Below, piece after piece: positions 35,412 to 49,290 of a DNA stretch of 64,000 bases. Under the pieces are notes generated by a model. It ran no database searches. It was not told the origin of the DNA and saw nothing but the letters and a program-made list of their open reading frames with translations. Position 1 is the stretch's first letter, and each line of letters opens with the position of its first letter. The position numbers were made by a program, and so were the translations under genes. The stretch is from the NCBI GenBank assembly GCA_022605425.2, contig CM061247.1, positions 1,178,001-1,242,000 on the forward strand, in the 5' to 3' direction. This DNA comes from Hamiltosporidium tvaerminnensis FI-OER-3-3 (lineage: Eukaryota > Fungi > Microsporidia).

Positions 35412-38400
35412 ATAGTTAATAATAAAATATCAAAGTAAAACTAAAAATTATGAAAGAAACGAGTGCTAAATCGTATATAAAAAATATCGATAAAAGAAGC
35501 AACTAAAAGACACGGTGTACTTTAATATTTATATTGGGAAACCAAATATTTTTTTATGCAAATAACACAATTCGATTGACTTATTCTTATAAAAAAATAT
35601 GAAAAACAGAAGGTTATTTAAAAATAATATATTTTTACAAATACAAAAGACTCTGTTGATATTTTCACATGACTTTAAAGAATAGATCATGAAAAATTAA
35701 GAATTATTAAAGTTTTCGTTTTTCGTATATAAATCATTAAAAAAACAAGAAGATATGCATTGTAAAATGTAAGCTTTTATAATACGTTTGTAATTGATAA
35801 TATGTTTATTTATCATGGTTAAAAAAATAACAGTTTCTTTATGGTATACATTAATTATCCACCTGAACATGTATTGAATTTGCAATCGAATATATTTAAT
35901 AATCCTTTTATGTAATTTAATTTTGGTTATTTTTAAATAGGTTTTTTCTCTTAGAAAATTGTAAACATATTTTTTTAATGTTTTTCAAAAATAAGATCTG
36001 AAATTATAAAGACATTAAAATATACAATATAATCAAAATGTTATGTAGCAATCAAAGAAATTCTATAAAGATTTTTTAAATTTAGAACCTAGCAATCTTG
36101 CATGAGTTTCGCCTCTTCTCTTGGCAATAATTCGTTCATGTTAGATCAAAGTATATTAAAAGAATTCAAGGCTCAGTAATATAACTAATGTTTTAAATCT
36201 TAAATGAAAAATAGCTAAACTTCCATAATTTAATCCATAATATAAGGTAAAATTATTTTTTTACCTTTAGCTATGTAATTTAAAAAAGCTATTTCATGCA
36301 ATTAATATTGAAGAAAATTCATTTAAAGCCTAAAAAATATCAAATAAATCAAGGTTACTACCAATGTTTACTCAAAGTAAAGATAAATTTCACATGCTTT
36401 AACAACAATTTAACAAAAGTTTCATTTTCAAAATATTAGAAATCAACATATTTAGAGACTCTACAATCTCGTATAATATTATACATGCGTTTAAGCAAGA
36501 GTTTTAGGGTTTCTTAACATGTTTTAGAAGGAAAAAATTAAATTAAAATATTAATATGAAAAGGTATGTTTTTGATAAGTTCTAAGTGTTCCGGTTTTTA
36601 TTTTAAATCGAGGCCAGCACATATTGAGGTAAAACAAATCAAAACATTAAAAATTTTCTAATTCAAACAAATTAATATAGCTCAATATTCTTTCCGCACA
36701 TTTCTTTTGAACAATCTTTGAATGAGCCATAAAATAGCAAAGATTCGCGACATGTAGATCTTTTTAATTGCTTTTTTATTCTTTAGGAATTTTAGGTAAT
36801 AATTTATACGCTTAATTTGTAAGCATATTTTACAAAAAAAGTTATAAAACTCCCAAGCCTTGTTGTAAATATATAACCCTATTATAAAATAACTTAAATT
36901 GACTGTACTATTCAGAAAATAATTGCTGAAGGAATGTAACTTAGACAATTTTAGACCAGTTATATGTACACTCTAAATAAATATACATAAACTATAAATT
37001 TCGCTTTTGTTATGGTTCTATTTCCACTTTACGTTTTTTGATAATTATAACTTCAAAGGAAAAATTTATCATATAAAACAAAGAACAATTTTTTGTTTGC
37101 AATTTTGAATATATATATTCGTTTGCGATATGAAGTTTATTTAAATAAATATATTCTAATTGTTGACTTATTTTAAATAGTTTTCCATTTTTTAAGTCGT
37201 TTTAAGATAATTTATATGATTCGCTTGTATTCAAAAATTGTTTAATATTTTACAATTTAATTTTTCTATATAATTATGCCATTTTAGTTTTCTTATTAAG
37301 TATAATTTCAAAACTTTTGATATTTTCAAGCATATATTCTAAAGGTAGAACTCTATCAGATTTTATTTCATTTGTAATCTCAAAGGCTTTAAACCAATCC
37401 CAAAAAGAATTTTTTTACTTTGGGTTCCCTACAAAAAAGATATTAAAAAATAGGAATAGTATTATATCAGTTCAATAAGCGTAGCATTATTAAATCTATA
37501 ATTATTCCAATAATTTATACATAGAATATTCGGACCTTTATCAATATGAAACTTTTATGAATAAGATTCATTTGTTTTATTTTTTTAAAAAAATTATTAC
37601 CATGTGCCAACTATACATACTTACTGAAATTCTAAAGCGAATTAATTTATTTTTGCAAAATAATTGAATTAAATTCCAGAATGCTTTAATACCTGCAAAC
37701 AATTTCTAACTTAAAGAAATATATTTGAAGAAGCTCGGTGATAAACCTATTAAAACTCGATTCAAAGATAATTGCAAAAAAAATTACCGTTTTCCTATAA
37801 ATTGACCTTATGTTTACTTTTTTTATAAATATACGAAACATCAGTTGATTGTTTTTTCTTAGATCACAAAATTTTTATTGAGGTTCTGCAGATTTTTAGT
37901 CGTATGAAAATGTTACAAACAATATTGCGTCGTCATATGTTATAAAATTCATAACCATCATAGTAAAAATATTATGGTATAAAAGAAATATAATATGCCA
38001 TTAAAATAAAGGAATAAAAGGTTTTTTTTATAATCATACAAAAAAGCTCAAATGCGTTTATAAATATGTAATCAGCATACATTCTGAATGATAGTTCTTT
38101 TATGAAAGTTTAAGTACATATTTTTTTTTAGATCAGAGTTGGAAGCTTTGGTTAGTATTTCAGATAATTAGTTCAGTCATAATATAATATTTTAGTGAAT
38201 AAAAATGAATAGAAACAAAAATTCATTTCTAGAAAATATTATTCATTCCATGTCATGATTTATTTATTTAGAAAATTACGTAACACTTGGTTTTCTTATA
38301 TATTTCTCAAATATGTATCAAAGATATATTTCAATGATAAAGAATTAGTTGAAAAGAAATTTAGCAGAGATAAATAAATAATATTCTAATATTTTGGTTT

Positions 38401-41400
38401 TGTAAGAACCAAAATTACAGGTAGAGCTGCAATTTAAATGAGATTTAAAATAATACAAAATGCTAAATTTTTTGCAAATTTTGTTTAAAAAGTTTTAGAA
38501 GATTTTTAACATTTCGCAAAAAAAACAAAAAATATCAAACACAAACAAATCTTAAAGAATTAGAATAAAGGCGTATTTAATGCGAATGTTTTGTTATATA
38601 TTTTTTTCGCAATAAAAATCATAGTTTTCAATTGCATTTTTGCGAATAAATCGTATAAATCACAATTTTTCAATCGGAAATAAAAATATTTAGATCTTAT
38701 AAAAGTTAAATTAAGTTCAAAATGCACGAAATTTAAAATCGAATTTATTAACGCGTGGTACAGAACACTAAAATTCATGAATTTCTAAAGATTTTTGTAC
38801 ATTAACATGAAAGGCAGCCAGGTTTTGTACACACAAGCTGCCTTTCCTCTACCTATGAAAATCTGCTTGTCTACTAGAGTGATCAGTCGTGCTAATTAAC
38901 ATATTACGCGCTTTCAGCACAAAAGTCTTTTAAATAATGACGTTTCAATATACATCCTAATTTATTTTGATAAAAACAAAACATAGCAATAATCATTTGT
39001 TGTGTCTTTACAAGAAAGATTTCGGAAGTATGAATAGTACCATAAACAGTGTTTCAAAAAAATTGACAGATGTTAGATTTATGGTTCTTATATCCATATA
39101 GTAATTAAAATAACAATATTTTCTTTCGAGAACTCATTTCTATCAAAATTACTTTATATAATTAATTTTTAAACATTTTGTACTATTGTCTATATGTTAA
39201 CAAACAATTATTTTAATATGTAGACTACAGATCTAGAATGCAAAATTTCTTTCTTTTATATATTATATATCATAGTTGATTTTCTAGATTATAGAATATT
39301 TATAGAAGTTTATATCAGAATAAAAAAAAGTATTTAGTTTTGTTTTGAACACCAAAAATACCAATAAAAAATTTTTACTCAATAAGCAATTCGAAAAATC
39401 TGGATTGATTTTTACTATATATAACATCATTGATATGTTCTAAATTGCAATCCCTAGGGTTTTAGACACCAGAAGAAGTAGAAGTCATAAATTTTGCAAG
39501 TTATCTTCCGAAAGACAAAATCAAACCATTTATTTGATATGATAACCTATATAACAGTTTTTTAGTGTCTTCTTTAGCTATATAGGATCCTTTAAAATCA
39601 AATCATCAGATATAAAATTTTTAAAGTTCAGATTTCAAATTATGCAAGTACCATCATTTTAAATTAGCGTGCAATAGTTGCATAAAAAATGCAAACATCT
39701 GCGTTTATCATGACACTAAAACAGTAAAATTTTTATTCGAAATAAGATGAGTTATTCTATAAATATAGTGATAAATAAAATCCGTAAATGGTTTATGACA
39801 AAAATTATTTTTTAAAAACAAATGAAGCAACACGTAGAATGGTATATTCTATCAATATAAATTAATTTCTAGTGTGTTTTTTCATCTAATAAGGATAATA
39901 TTTTCTGCTCTATATGCAAAATCATAACATTAAAATAGAATGCCTTTTTTGGCATGAATTTGTTCATATCCAAAAACTTATCAAATGAAGCAAATTAGAG
40001 CTATTAATATGCATAAAAAAATAATATATACTTTCTAAGCGAGCATATTACGATAATTTTTAATAAATAGATATTGCAAAACCGAAATTTCGAAATCTAA
40101 AATAATTTTTAGACCACACAATCTAAAAAAGATATTTTTTTTCAAAAATTAGAATATTAATGTAGCTTAACAATACAATAACTTTATCAAAATATATTTT
40201 TATATATCAACGTTTATTTCTGAATTAATATAAGTCACATATTTTTATATCGATTACAACATTATATATTTTTTGAAGGCGAATCATTATAAATTGATTA
40301 AATCGAATACTAAAAATGAAATGTATGAAAAGAATAAATAGTAATTGTTACGAACGCCATACTGAAAAAATAGGAACATATTGTTAAGAATATTAGTACG
40401 AAAATATTCTAAAGACATAAATTATTTGAATGAATATCTTTCAACACAAATAGATCAGATAAAATAATTACAAATTGTCTTATTTTTTTATGGTATTGTA
40501 AATTAGTATATATTGGATCTGAATAAAAATACCGATTATAAATAATTCAATAGCTTGCTTTATTAACAGTGAAAATTTCAAATTTAGTACTTCTTAAGTT
40601 AGATGTCGAAATTATTTTATAACATTATATTTTAACAAAAAATCTATATATTACATTTCTTTACTCGAAATCTTAGCGACAATGATGGCTAGTGTCATTT
40701 AAATCGGCCCGTATAAATTTTTAAATTTTTCGAGTATAATGCAAGGCAAATTAATTTTGTGTTTTTAAGGTAAAAAAATTTCGATAGAGAGTTTCCTAAA
40801 TAAAAGAGTGTCATATTTTATTTTACAACTCATTTTTTTTGTAAAATTTAGATTTCAATATAAAAATGTACTTCTATTTGACAGATTTAATTCTATTTTA
40901 AACTTCAGAATGATAAGACAATAGTAATTTTCTCCTAAAATAATTGCAGTTTACTCGAAAATAAAATTTTAGCCTAAGCTAAATATATAATATTTTAAAT
41001 TGGTTTTAAGATGAAATGCCCTACTAATAATGATAAATAATCATAAATTTTTTTCAATACCATGTAATCATATGCAAAAATGATCGTCCTCATTTTCATA
41101 ATAAGCCGAATATAATTATAAAGTTATAAGAATAATGATCAGGCAATTGGGAAAATGGATCGACAATTACGATACGACGTTTATCTTCTCGTAACGAATA
41201 CTCATACAACGCATAATTTAAATATTTTTTTTAAACTGAAAGCCATTGATGATGCTTTAATCTCTTTTTTTAAATATTTATAAAGCAGTTTCTGTTAAGG
41301 CAATTTGATTTTAATATAATGTTGTTAAAAAAAAAAGCGGAGCAAAAAAATTTTCAGATTGTCATTTTATCACGGTATAAAACAGTTAAAAATATAAAAA

Positions 41401-44400
41401 CGAAATTGAAATTTTTTGATTTTATAAAATGTATAAAAATAAAATTAAATAAAATAAAAGGAAATAACATGCTTACTTGATAGAGACTAAGGATATATAG
41501 CAAATTATGTACAGGGGAACTATCAATAAAATATTATGGGCGAGATTACAAATTTAACCCTTTATAAAGTCAATAAAGATTTTTTATACTAAAACATTTT
41601 AAAACAGTCCCAATATTCTATTTATTATAACTCATATTCTTATGTATATTTACCATGTAATGCGTTAAAATTTATTAAGATTATTCATTTTTGAAATTAT
41701 TTCAAATATGTTATATTTTTGGCATAGAAAAACATAGATAGTTCTTATTTATAGAAGCCAAATATATTTTAGAAAATCTTGAAACATATATTCGAATTCG
41801 AGTATTATATAAACGTCTAAAAATATATTTTGAAAAGAAGTTTCTTTATAAATTTATTTAATCAATCTTAAGTTATTTTAATCATTGTAAAACATATGCT
41901 TACAATATAAAACATTGTTCTAATTAGGAGGAGTTTTTAGAAAATTTTAATCTAACATAGTACAGGAGAAGTAACGTTTTTTAAAGGGTTCGACAAACGT
42001 AGGATTTTTAAACGATTTGAAAAATTACAATTTAAATTTCTTTTTAAACGCACATAATTTCTACACACTTGGATAAGATAAAGTTTATAAACATGTCTCT
42101 AAAATGGTCTGCAAAATTACAAGTTTTTTTAAATTGATAATTCAAGCCTATTAAAAAAAGTCTACTTACTTTGATGCTCAAAAGCCAATCAGACCTTTTT
42201 ATTTTTCAAATAAAGGACAACCAGGACTTGTTTTTAGCATAATGAAAATAACTTTACAAAATGTATATAATTATGGTTTGAAGAATCATTTAGATAATTA
42301 TTGTCTCGTGATTTATATCGATTTTACAATTTGTTTGTTAGAAAAATTCACATCTAGGTTTTGCGAGTTTGTATGCAAGATTTTTTCAAGACTCGTTCAT
42401 ATCCTTAAATCATATTTCCTATATAAATTCTTTTGAATATATTAGCTATTATATGTTCATAAAGAATTAGAATGGAACTTAGCAACCTTGACTCATTTAA
42501 ATCACGCAGACATAAAAAAGAACGAAAATTCATAAAAGAATACCATCAAGTGTTTAAGATTGTTTATAATCAAATAATACAATATATATTTTTATGGATC
42601 CAAAACCTTTGGTTAAGCCAATACTAAATGCTATAGTTATATTTATATTTTTAAATTTTGTATTTTATGAATCTTTACAGCCCTGGATTTTATTTCGAAG
42701 CTCTTCGCGATTTTTTTTGAAAAACTACTTTTTCTTTATCAGTGATGTTAGCGCGAAGGCATTAATCGCAACTATAGAACACACACCATTTCAATTACTG
42801 TCATTTTAAAACCAGGTATGAATATATTACCATATTTTTAATTAAAATTTAAAAGTCGGAAAGCTAGCACTTCTTTTTTTTGCTTCAACCATAACAATCT
42901 TAAATAAAACCATATATCAGATATATTTTATCTTGTTTTTTGAAAAGTTATCGGTATAAATCTTAATTCAACAATGTATATTACGTTTTATATAAATTAT
43001 AAAGATGCTTTAAAATATATTTGCATTATCATCTATTTTTTTTATAATACTCTAAGAATCATATTTGTTGTTTCAATACAATATATTTATACCCTTTATT
43101 TCCGCCCGAACTATGAATACAAATTATCAAAAAATAGGTTAAATCACATTAGAACCCTCTAACCTTTTTTTATAAAATAAATAAAGATCTCATTTTATTT
43201 GAAAACTTTACTATAACAGCGAAAGGCACCATTAAGAAATGTTTTTTAATCAATATCAAAAATTAATCACTCTAAATTGTTTTGATATTATAAAAATACA
43301 GAATTGTAATGGAAATCGGATATTGTTTTTCTGCTTCTGCCACAGTAATTACATATTTTTTTAGACAAAACGTATATTTTTATGAAAATAACAGACAATT
43401 AGATCTAAAAAGAGTATTTTGACAAAAACATTTATTTAATTGACATTATTTTGCTATTATATCTGCAATAACAACCTCACATAAAACTTCCTTCCGTTAA
43501 ATTATCATAACGTTTCGAACTAAGCTTTATTTAGAGGAACTTTCTTCAAGAAAAAGAATACAAAATAAATTTTATACCGGTTTTCATTACCATATAGAAT
43601 CACATAAGATGTTTTCAGAAAACGCAAACATCCTTCTTATAACAAAATATTTAAAATATAGACTATTTTAATTGTATATTTCTCTCAGTAGAAGTTTTTA
43701 TTGATACTTTTTTAAATATATGCTGTTTCAGTGATTTAATATACCTCCAATTTTCCCCTTTTAAGTTATTTATATACCAGGGGATACAAGAACAGCCCAA
43801 GTAAATCTGCATTAATGATTTTTATTTTCATTTTATATATTGCTTATATTTCATATCGTCTTCTAAGAAATTTCAAGTGTCAAATAGCAGAATAAACAAA
43901 CAAAGAATATTGAGCAGCTTTCATAATCCGTTTCAGTTCTTCTAATAGAGTCCGCGTCTTTTAAATTAGACACGTTTTCGGAAATATTTTACAAATTTAA
44001 CAAACTAATTACATCGCGGAGCATACATGCCTTTATCAAATATTGAAACATCTAGAATCAAATTAAATTTTTTACAAAATAATTCCAATGAAAAGCAAGA
44101 TGTTTTTTAATTCTATTTTTAATAAAGCTTTTAAAAAAATTTAAGAAATTTTATAACAATATTCGCATTTTTGAGCTCATAACATGGAATTTTTATCATG
44201 GCTTGGGTATTTTATGGGTTAGCATATATTTCTCAATACAAATGATATTCTGTTGTAGCTTTCAACATAAAGTCAAAGTCTTATTACCATAATAACATAA
44301 GTATTTTATATGCAAAAAGGCAATCCTCATTTATAAAGTACAGAAAATCTTTTTTTACCTATAAAGTAAGTCATATATTGTTTTAACTTCGAGAGATTAG

Positions 44401-47400
44401 CAATCACTTATCTTAGTTTTGATCTTTTCAAAATAAAGGCCGACTAATACAAAAAAATATGAATAATTAAATGTCGTTTTAATGAGAGGAATCAAATAAA
44501 TTATATTCAGAAAAGCAAAAAACCGACTTATTATTTTAATTTCTTAAAATTGAATTAGAATTAGATGTGTATTTTGATTTTTTCACTTGCTACATCAACT
44601 CATAAATTTTACTGTCTATAGACTTGTGATTTCTTCATTTAGAATACAAATTAAACAGTAATAAAGAATTTCCAAAGAAGCTATACTTATTTCTATGACA
44701 AACAAGTTAATTCTAAGCTGATATAACCTTTCTATGGTATACAATATACTATATTTTACTGCATATGATGTTTGTTTGTTGTAGATCAAGAGTTTAATCC
44801 CTGGATAATTTCAAGGGACTTATGTATAAAAAATTTAAAGTATTCGTTAAAATAAAAATAATTTGCTTCTAAATTTCAACTAATGTTAATATACTCTAAC
44901 TTTTAAAAAATGTATATTGCAGCAAAACCATTTTTTTCTGCATTTTTTTATTCTGTTCTAGCTTTTTTACGAATTTAGGATATATGAGAATCAACTAGCA
45001 AAACTGTTAAAAATATTTTTTATGTCAAAAATGTAAAAAAATGAATATTTCAATAGGATTTGTTTTATTCTAATGCGAATGATTATAAGTACCTTTTTAC
45101 CAATATAATAAGAAAATCCTTATTAAATCAATTTAACTTAAATAAACTTCAAAATAATGCAATGTTACTTTCATTTACTGAAAAGACACACTTATACTTC
45201 TGTAGCTGCAAAAAAGTATAACCGATTGCGCAAGTAACATGTTATTTCTTCTATGTAAACACATATCTGCTGTAATTACAAATAAACTCCTAAATTAGGC
45301 TTGGCTGCATATATTAATATACCTAGCTTTGTTTTTTTCAACATTGTGGCAAAATGGATTTCGTTTTAAATGATATTTTTTTAACCAAAGCCTTTTATTA
45401 AAGCTCAATTCGAAAATCTTATAAGTAAATAGCTAAAACAGAGAGAGTACCAAGCAACATTAGTTATCATTATATAATAGCACAAAATGCGAAGGAATTT
45501 ATAAACAAAACAGTACTGTTTTTGTGGAGAAGTGTTAAAGCTTTAGCAGGAATTTTATGAAACTACTAATCATACATAAACAAGCGCATCAAAGAATTGT
45601 AATTATCATATAGATATATTTCTCGAATTATAAAAAATAAGATCGACTCTAAACATTAACAATATTACAGGAAAAATACACCTCGAAAGATCTTCGTCTA
45701 AAGTTTTCTTTTACGGAAAAAGACAATTAATTTTTTATTGCTGATTTCCAATATTTCCATATTGCTTTGTGTTAAAATAATAGACTATAAAAACGTTTAT
45801 AATTAATTATATTACGGTCAAAAAAAGGTTTTTATAGTACATAATATTTCACGAAGAAAAAACCGAAGTCATATGATTTTACTTTCAACCAACTAGCTAT
45901 ATATCCCATTAATCTAAGGTTTTAGTTTTCATATAAGATATTTTAAGAATCTTTCGATGCCATTCTTTCTTGTATTAGTAAAAAGAATCCATTTGCAAGA
46001 AATATTCGACCGCTTATACCTACGCCTATAAATTATTTTAAATAATGAATTCGTGGCCTAAAATAACCGCATAAAAGAAATATATGATCGTTTTAATATA
46101 TAATTTTTTGTAGGCTTCGTAATTGTTAATTACATGATTTAAGTTAAAGATTTTAAAATTAAATCTTACGCTTAATATTAAATATTTGAAACAGAAATTG
46201 GCAGCCTTTGCAAAGCTGCATATATGATTAATAAATATTTCTACGGATGTGACCAATTTTTTATAAATATAATTTCAGAGCATTAGCATATATTCAATAT
46301 AAGTTTATCCATCTAAACAGTAATTTTTGAGGAATATAATGAGGAAAAATTTAACCGCGCTTTAAAATGTAACAAATATGAGTTACTTATTTCTAGATTT
46401 ACCAGATCATTAATTCTGAAAGATTGCGAAGCTCATTCATTTACTAAACTGGGATGGATTTAAATCGTTTTATATTTCTTCCTATTCGTAAAATTAAGAA
46501 TTCCGTTTTGGATTACAACTTTTCCGAAAATTTGGCTGCAAACATTATCTATACATTAAAATATATATTTAACCATCCATCGTTAGTATAAAACTTGTAT
46601 AGATAATTAACTCTTATAAAAATGCTGAAAAGAACGAAATTTCATAAAAAATCGATCCCAACAATTTGTCGGTATATATGCAAGGAAATAACAATTCATT
46701 ATCGCTAGAAAACAGGTATTAATTCGTAAAAGAAACTAATTTGGCCACATTCTAAATCTATATAAATTAAAAATATAAAAAAATATTATAGCGGTTTTCA
46801 CTTCATAGGAAACAAAATTGGAATTATATTTGTAATCTGTTTTTAATATAATGCGTTTTTGTATGCTATGCTTCTATTTCTTTACATAGCTCGAAGTATG
46901 TATTTTTTTAAGCATTCATTATAAATAATAATTCTATTCGTTTGGTGTTATTGGATACAAATATCGTCAATATGTTAAATATTTTAAAAATACTATTATC
47001 GAGCTTTAAAATATAGATTGATTTCGCCCGTTATTGGTTTATTTAACCTTCATGTGTTGTTTTTGAAAAATAATTGTGTATTTCCCATTTCGTTTGTTTT
47101 GATTTTGAAACAACACTTATTATAGTTATAATTTTATTGACATAATAAAATAACATTTCCTTTCGAGTTATCATTAAAATTCGTCAATTTTTGTTTTAAA
47201 TATTTTTATTTTCTATTAGTTTCCAAACCTAAAGTAAAATATGCAGGTTTCTTATTTCAGTAAATTGTAAAAATCTTATATTTACGCGGGGAAGATAATG
47301 AAAAACAAAATCTTCCAAATAAAAAAGGAAAATTCATAGTATATGTAAAAGTAATTTAAATCATATAAATTTATATTGTAATGTCATTTCCTAGAGCAAC

Positions 47401-48758
47401 TTATAATTATCTTACTATTTTTTTATTCTCAAAAAACTTCGAATATAAAATTCCGGAGCAATCACGTATTTTTTTAATAAATTTTTAAGTTAATTAATTT
47501 TTTATTTATAACAAAAATTTCTGAAAAATGCATTTTACTTATTTTAAACTTTGTGCAAAAATCATTTTTTTTATAAATTAATTTTTTTCCGTTTTGCAAA
47601 AATTACTATGGCTTTATAAATGAATCCACATGATTTCCAGTATATTTTAATGAAGCACTTAGACATAAGATTGCTAATAATTAAAATAAAACTTAATATA
47701 CATTCAATAACTTCGATTACCTCGGTAATAAGCCAAAAAGTTAAATACAAATTTCTTCTGATTGCCAATATTTTACTAAATTAAAAATATAAAGGAGTTT
47801 TAGCTTAAATTTTTTGAAAAATCGGAGCGTACTAAAATTATTTGGGGGATACAATTCTCTATATCCATAAGCATATATTTTTATCCTGATAGCATATCGC
47901 GGCCATAATGATAAATAAAGCTTGAATTAGCGTCTTTAACAGCCAAGAAAATTTTTGCAATTTAGTTAATGATGAAATAGAACATATAGATTAAGATAAA
48001 GGAGAATATGACTGATTAAAAATATATTCTCTATTCTAAATTAACATCTGAACACGAATTTACGTTTAAAAGTATTGAATGTAGAAAAAAACAAATGCAA
48101 TAAAACTGTTTCTCCATTGAATCAGATCCAGAGTGCGTTTAAGATACAATTTAAGCGCTGAATTTTGAATTCTGACTACGATTACATTCACACTCTTCTC
48201 TGGAAAATATATTCTTCGTTTCTGATGATTTCTACATCGAATATTTTTGTCGAGGGCATCTACGTTTCTATGCTGTATTAAATTGTAATATTATAACAAG
48301 AAAAATATAGAATTAATTAACAATATGAGATGTAATGAGTTTTAAATTTAGTCAGTGTTCGAATTCATTTCAAGCAACTTTATTTTAAAGATTTACAAAA
48401 TTGACGCTCTAAAAAACATTAGATACAATAACTACATAATTAAAAATAAAAGACTGTATATTTCTCCACGAAATAGTCATACAATAATGTTACATCATAA
48501 TTTAGGTTTTTTGGGTTATTGAAATTCCAACTTCCTGTATAAAATACCAATATTAGAGTAAATATAAACCTGGAAATTTCATAGTTCGTTAAAAATTTAC
48601 AGTTAAGTCAAAAAAAGTTTTTAACAAAAAACACACATTTGACTTTCATTGGATTGCAAACGAAACCCGTTTTTGAATTTAAAAGTTCTGATTTTTTTTC
48701 GTGTTCTATAAAGACGGTATAACCTTTGTAAATGTTTGGCGTTAGAGTTCTTACTTAC

Positions 48759-49290
48759 TCAAAAGCATAACGGCTCACTAAGGGCCATAGCCTCATATAT
48801 TAATAACTTTAGGATGCCATGCACAAGAGCCAATATTTTATATTCGTCTATAACAAGGTAACTGGGCTGCATTTTTTTAAGATCATCTAACCATCTAGAT
48901 TTAACGCAACGTGGAAGTTTTCGACTATCAGGATTAAAAATATACAACTTTTGTAGTGCGCTGATACCGGGCATTCGTTCAAGAGCCACCAACCATCGTC
49001 GTATTTTTTTTTGCATAGTTACAAATTCTGTATTTCGATATAAATTTTAGAGTGAGATATTGTTATAACCTTTTGATTCCCTTTGCTGGGACCATTTTGG
49101 TAGGTTTTTCTAAATAGAATCTTATGTTTTCATATACCTAATCATCGCTTCATTACGCCAAGACAATACTCAGCTTTCGAGGAGTTTTGTAAATACTTTA
49201 TTACATATTGATGTTTTCCAAAGGAGGCGTTTAATCCTGGCTCAAAAAGCCTCTTTCTTTTTCACCCGGGCTTTGAACCAGCCATGGGGG
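48759..49290 (-). pseudogene. Possible decayed P-loop NTPase/DEAD-box helicase relic
   Basis: GC-richer island. The ORF fragment has YLVIDE (Walker B/motif II-like) preceded by NPD...P; no intact Walker A is visible. Confidence 0.2.

Noticed and set aside
40700-41550. Possible TIR pair (aaatcggcccgtataa / ttatgggcgagatt)
   Set aside because: The match is too short and imperfect, with no TSD or transposase relic I can support.
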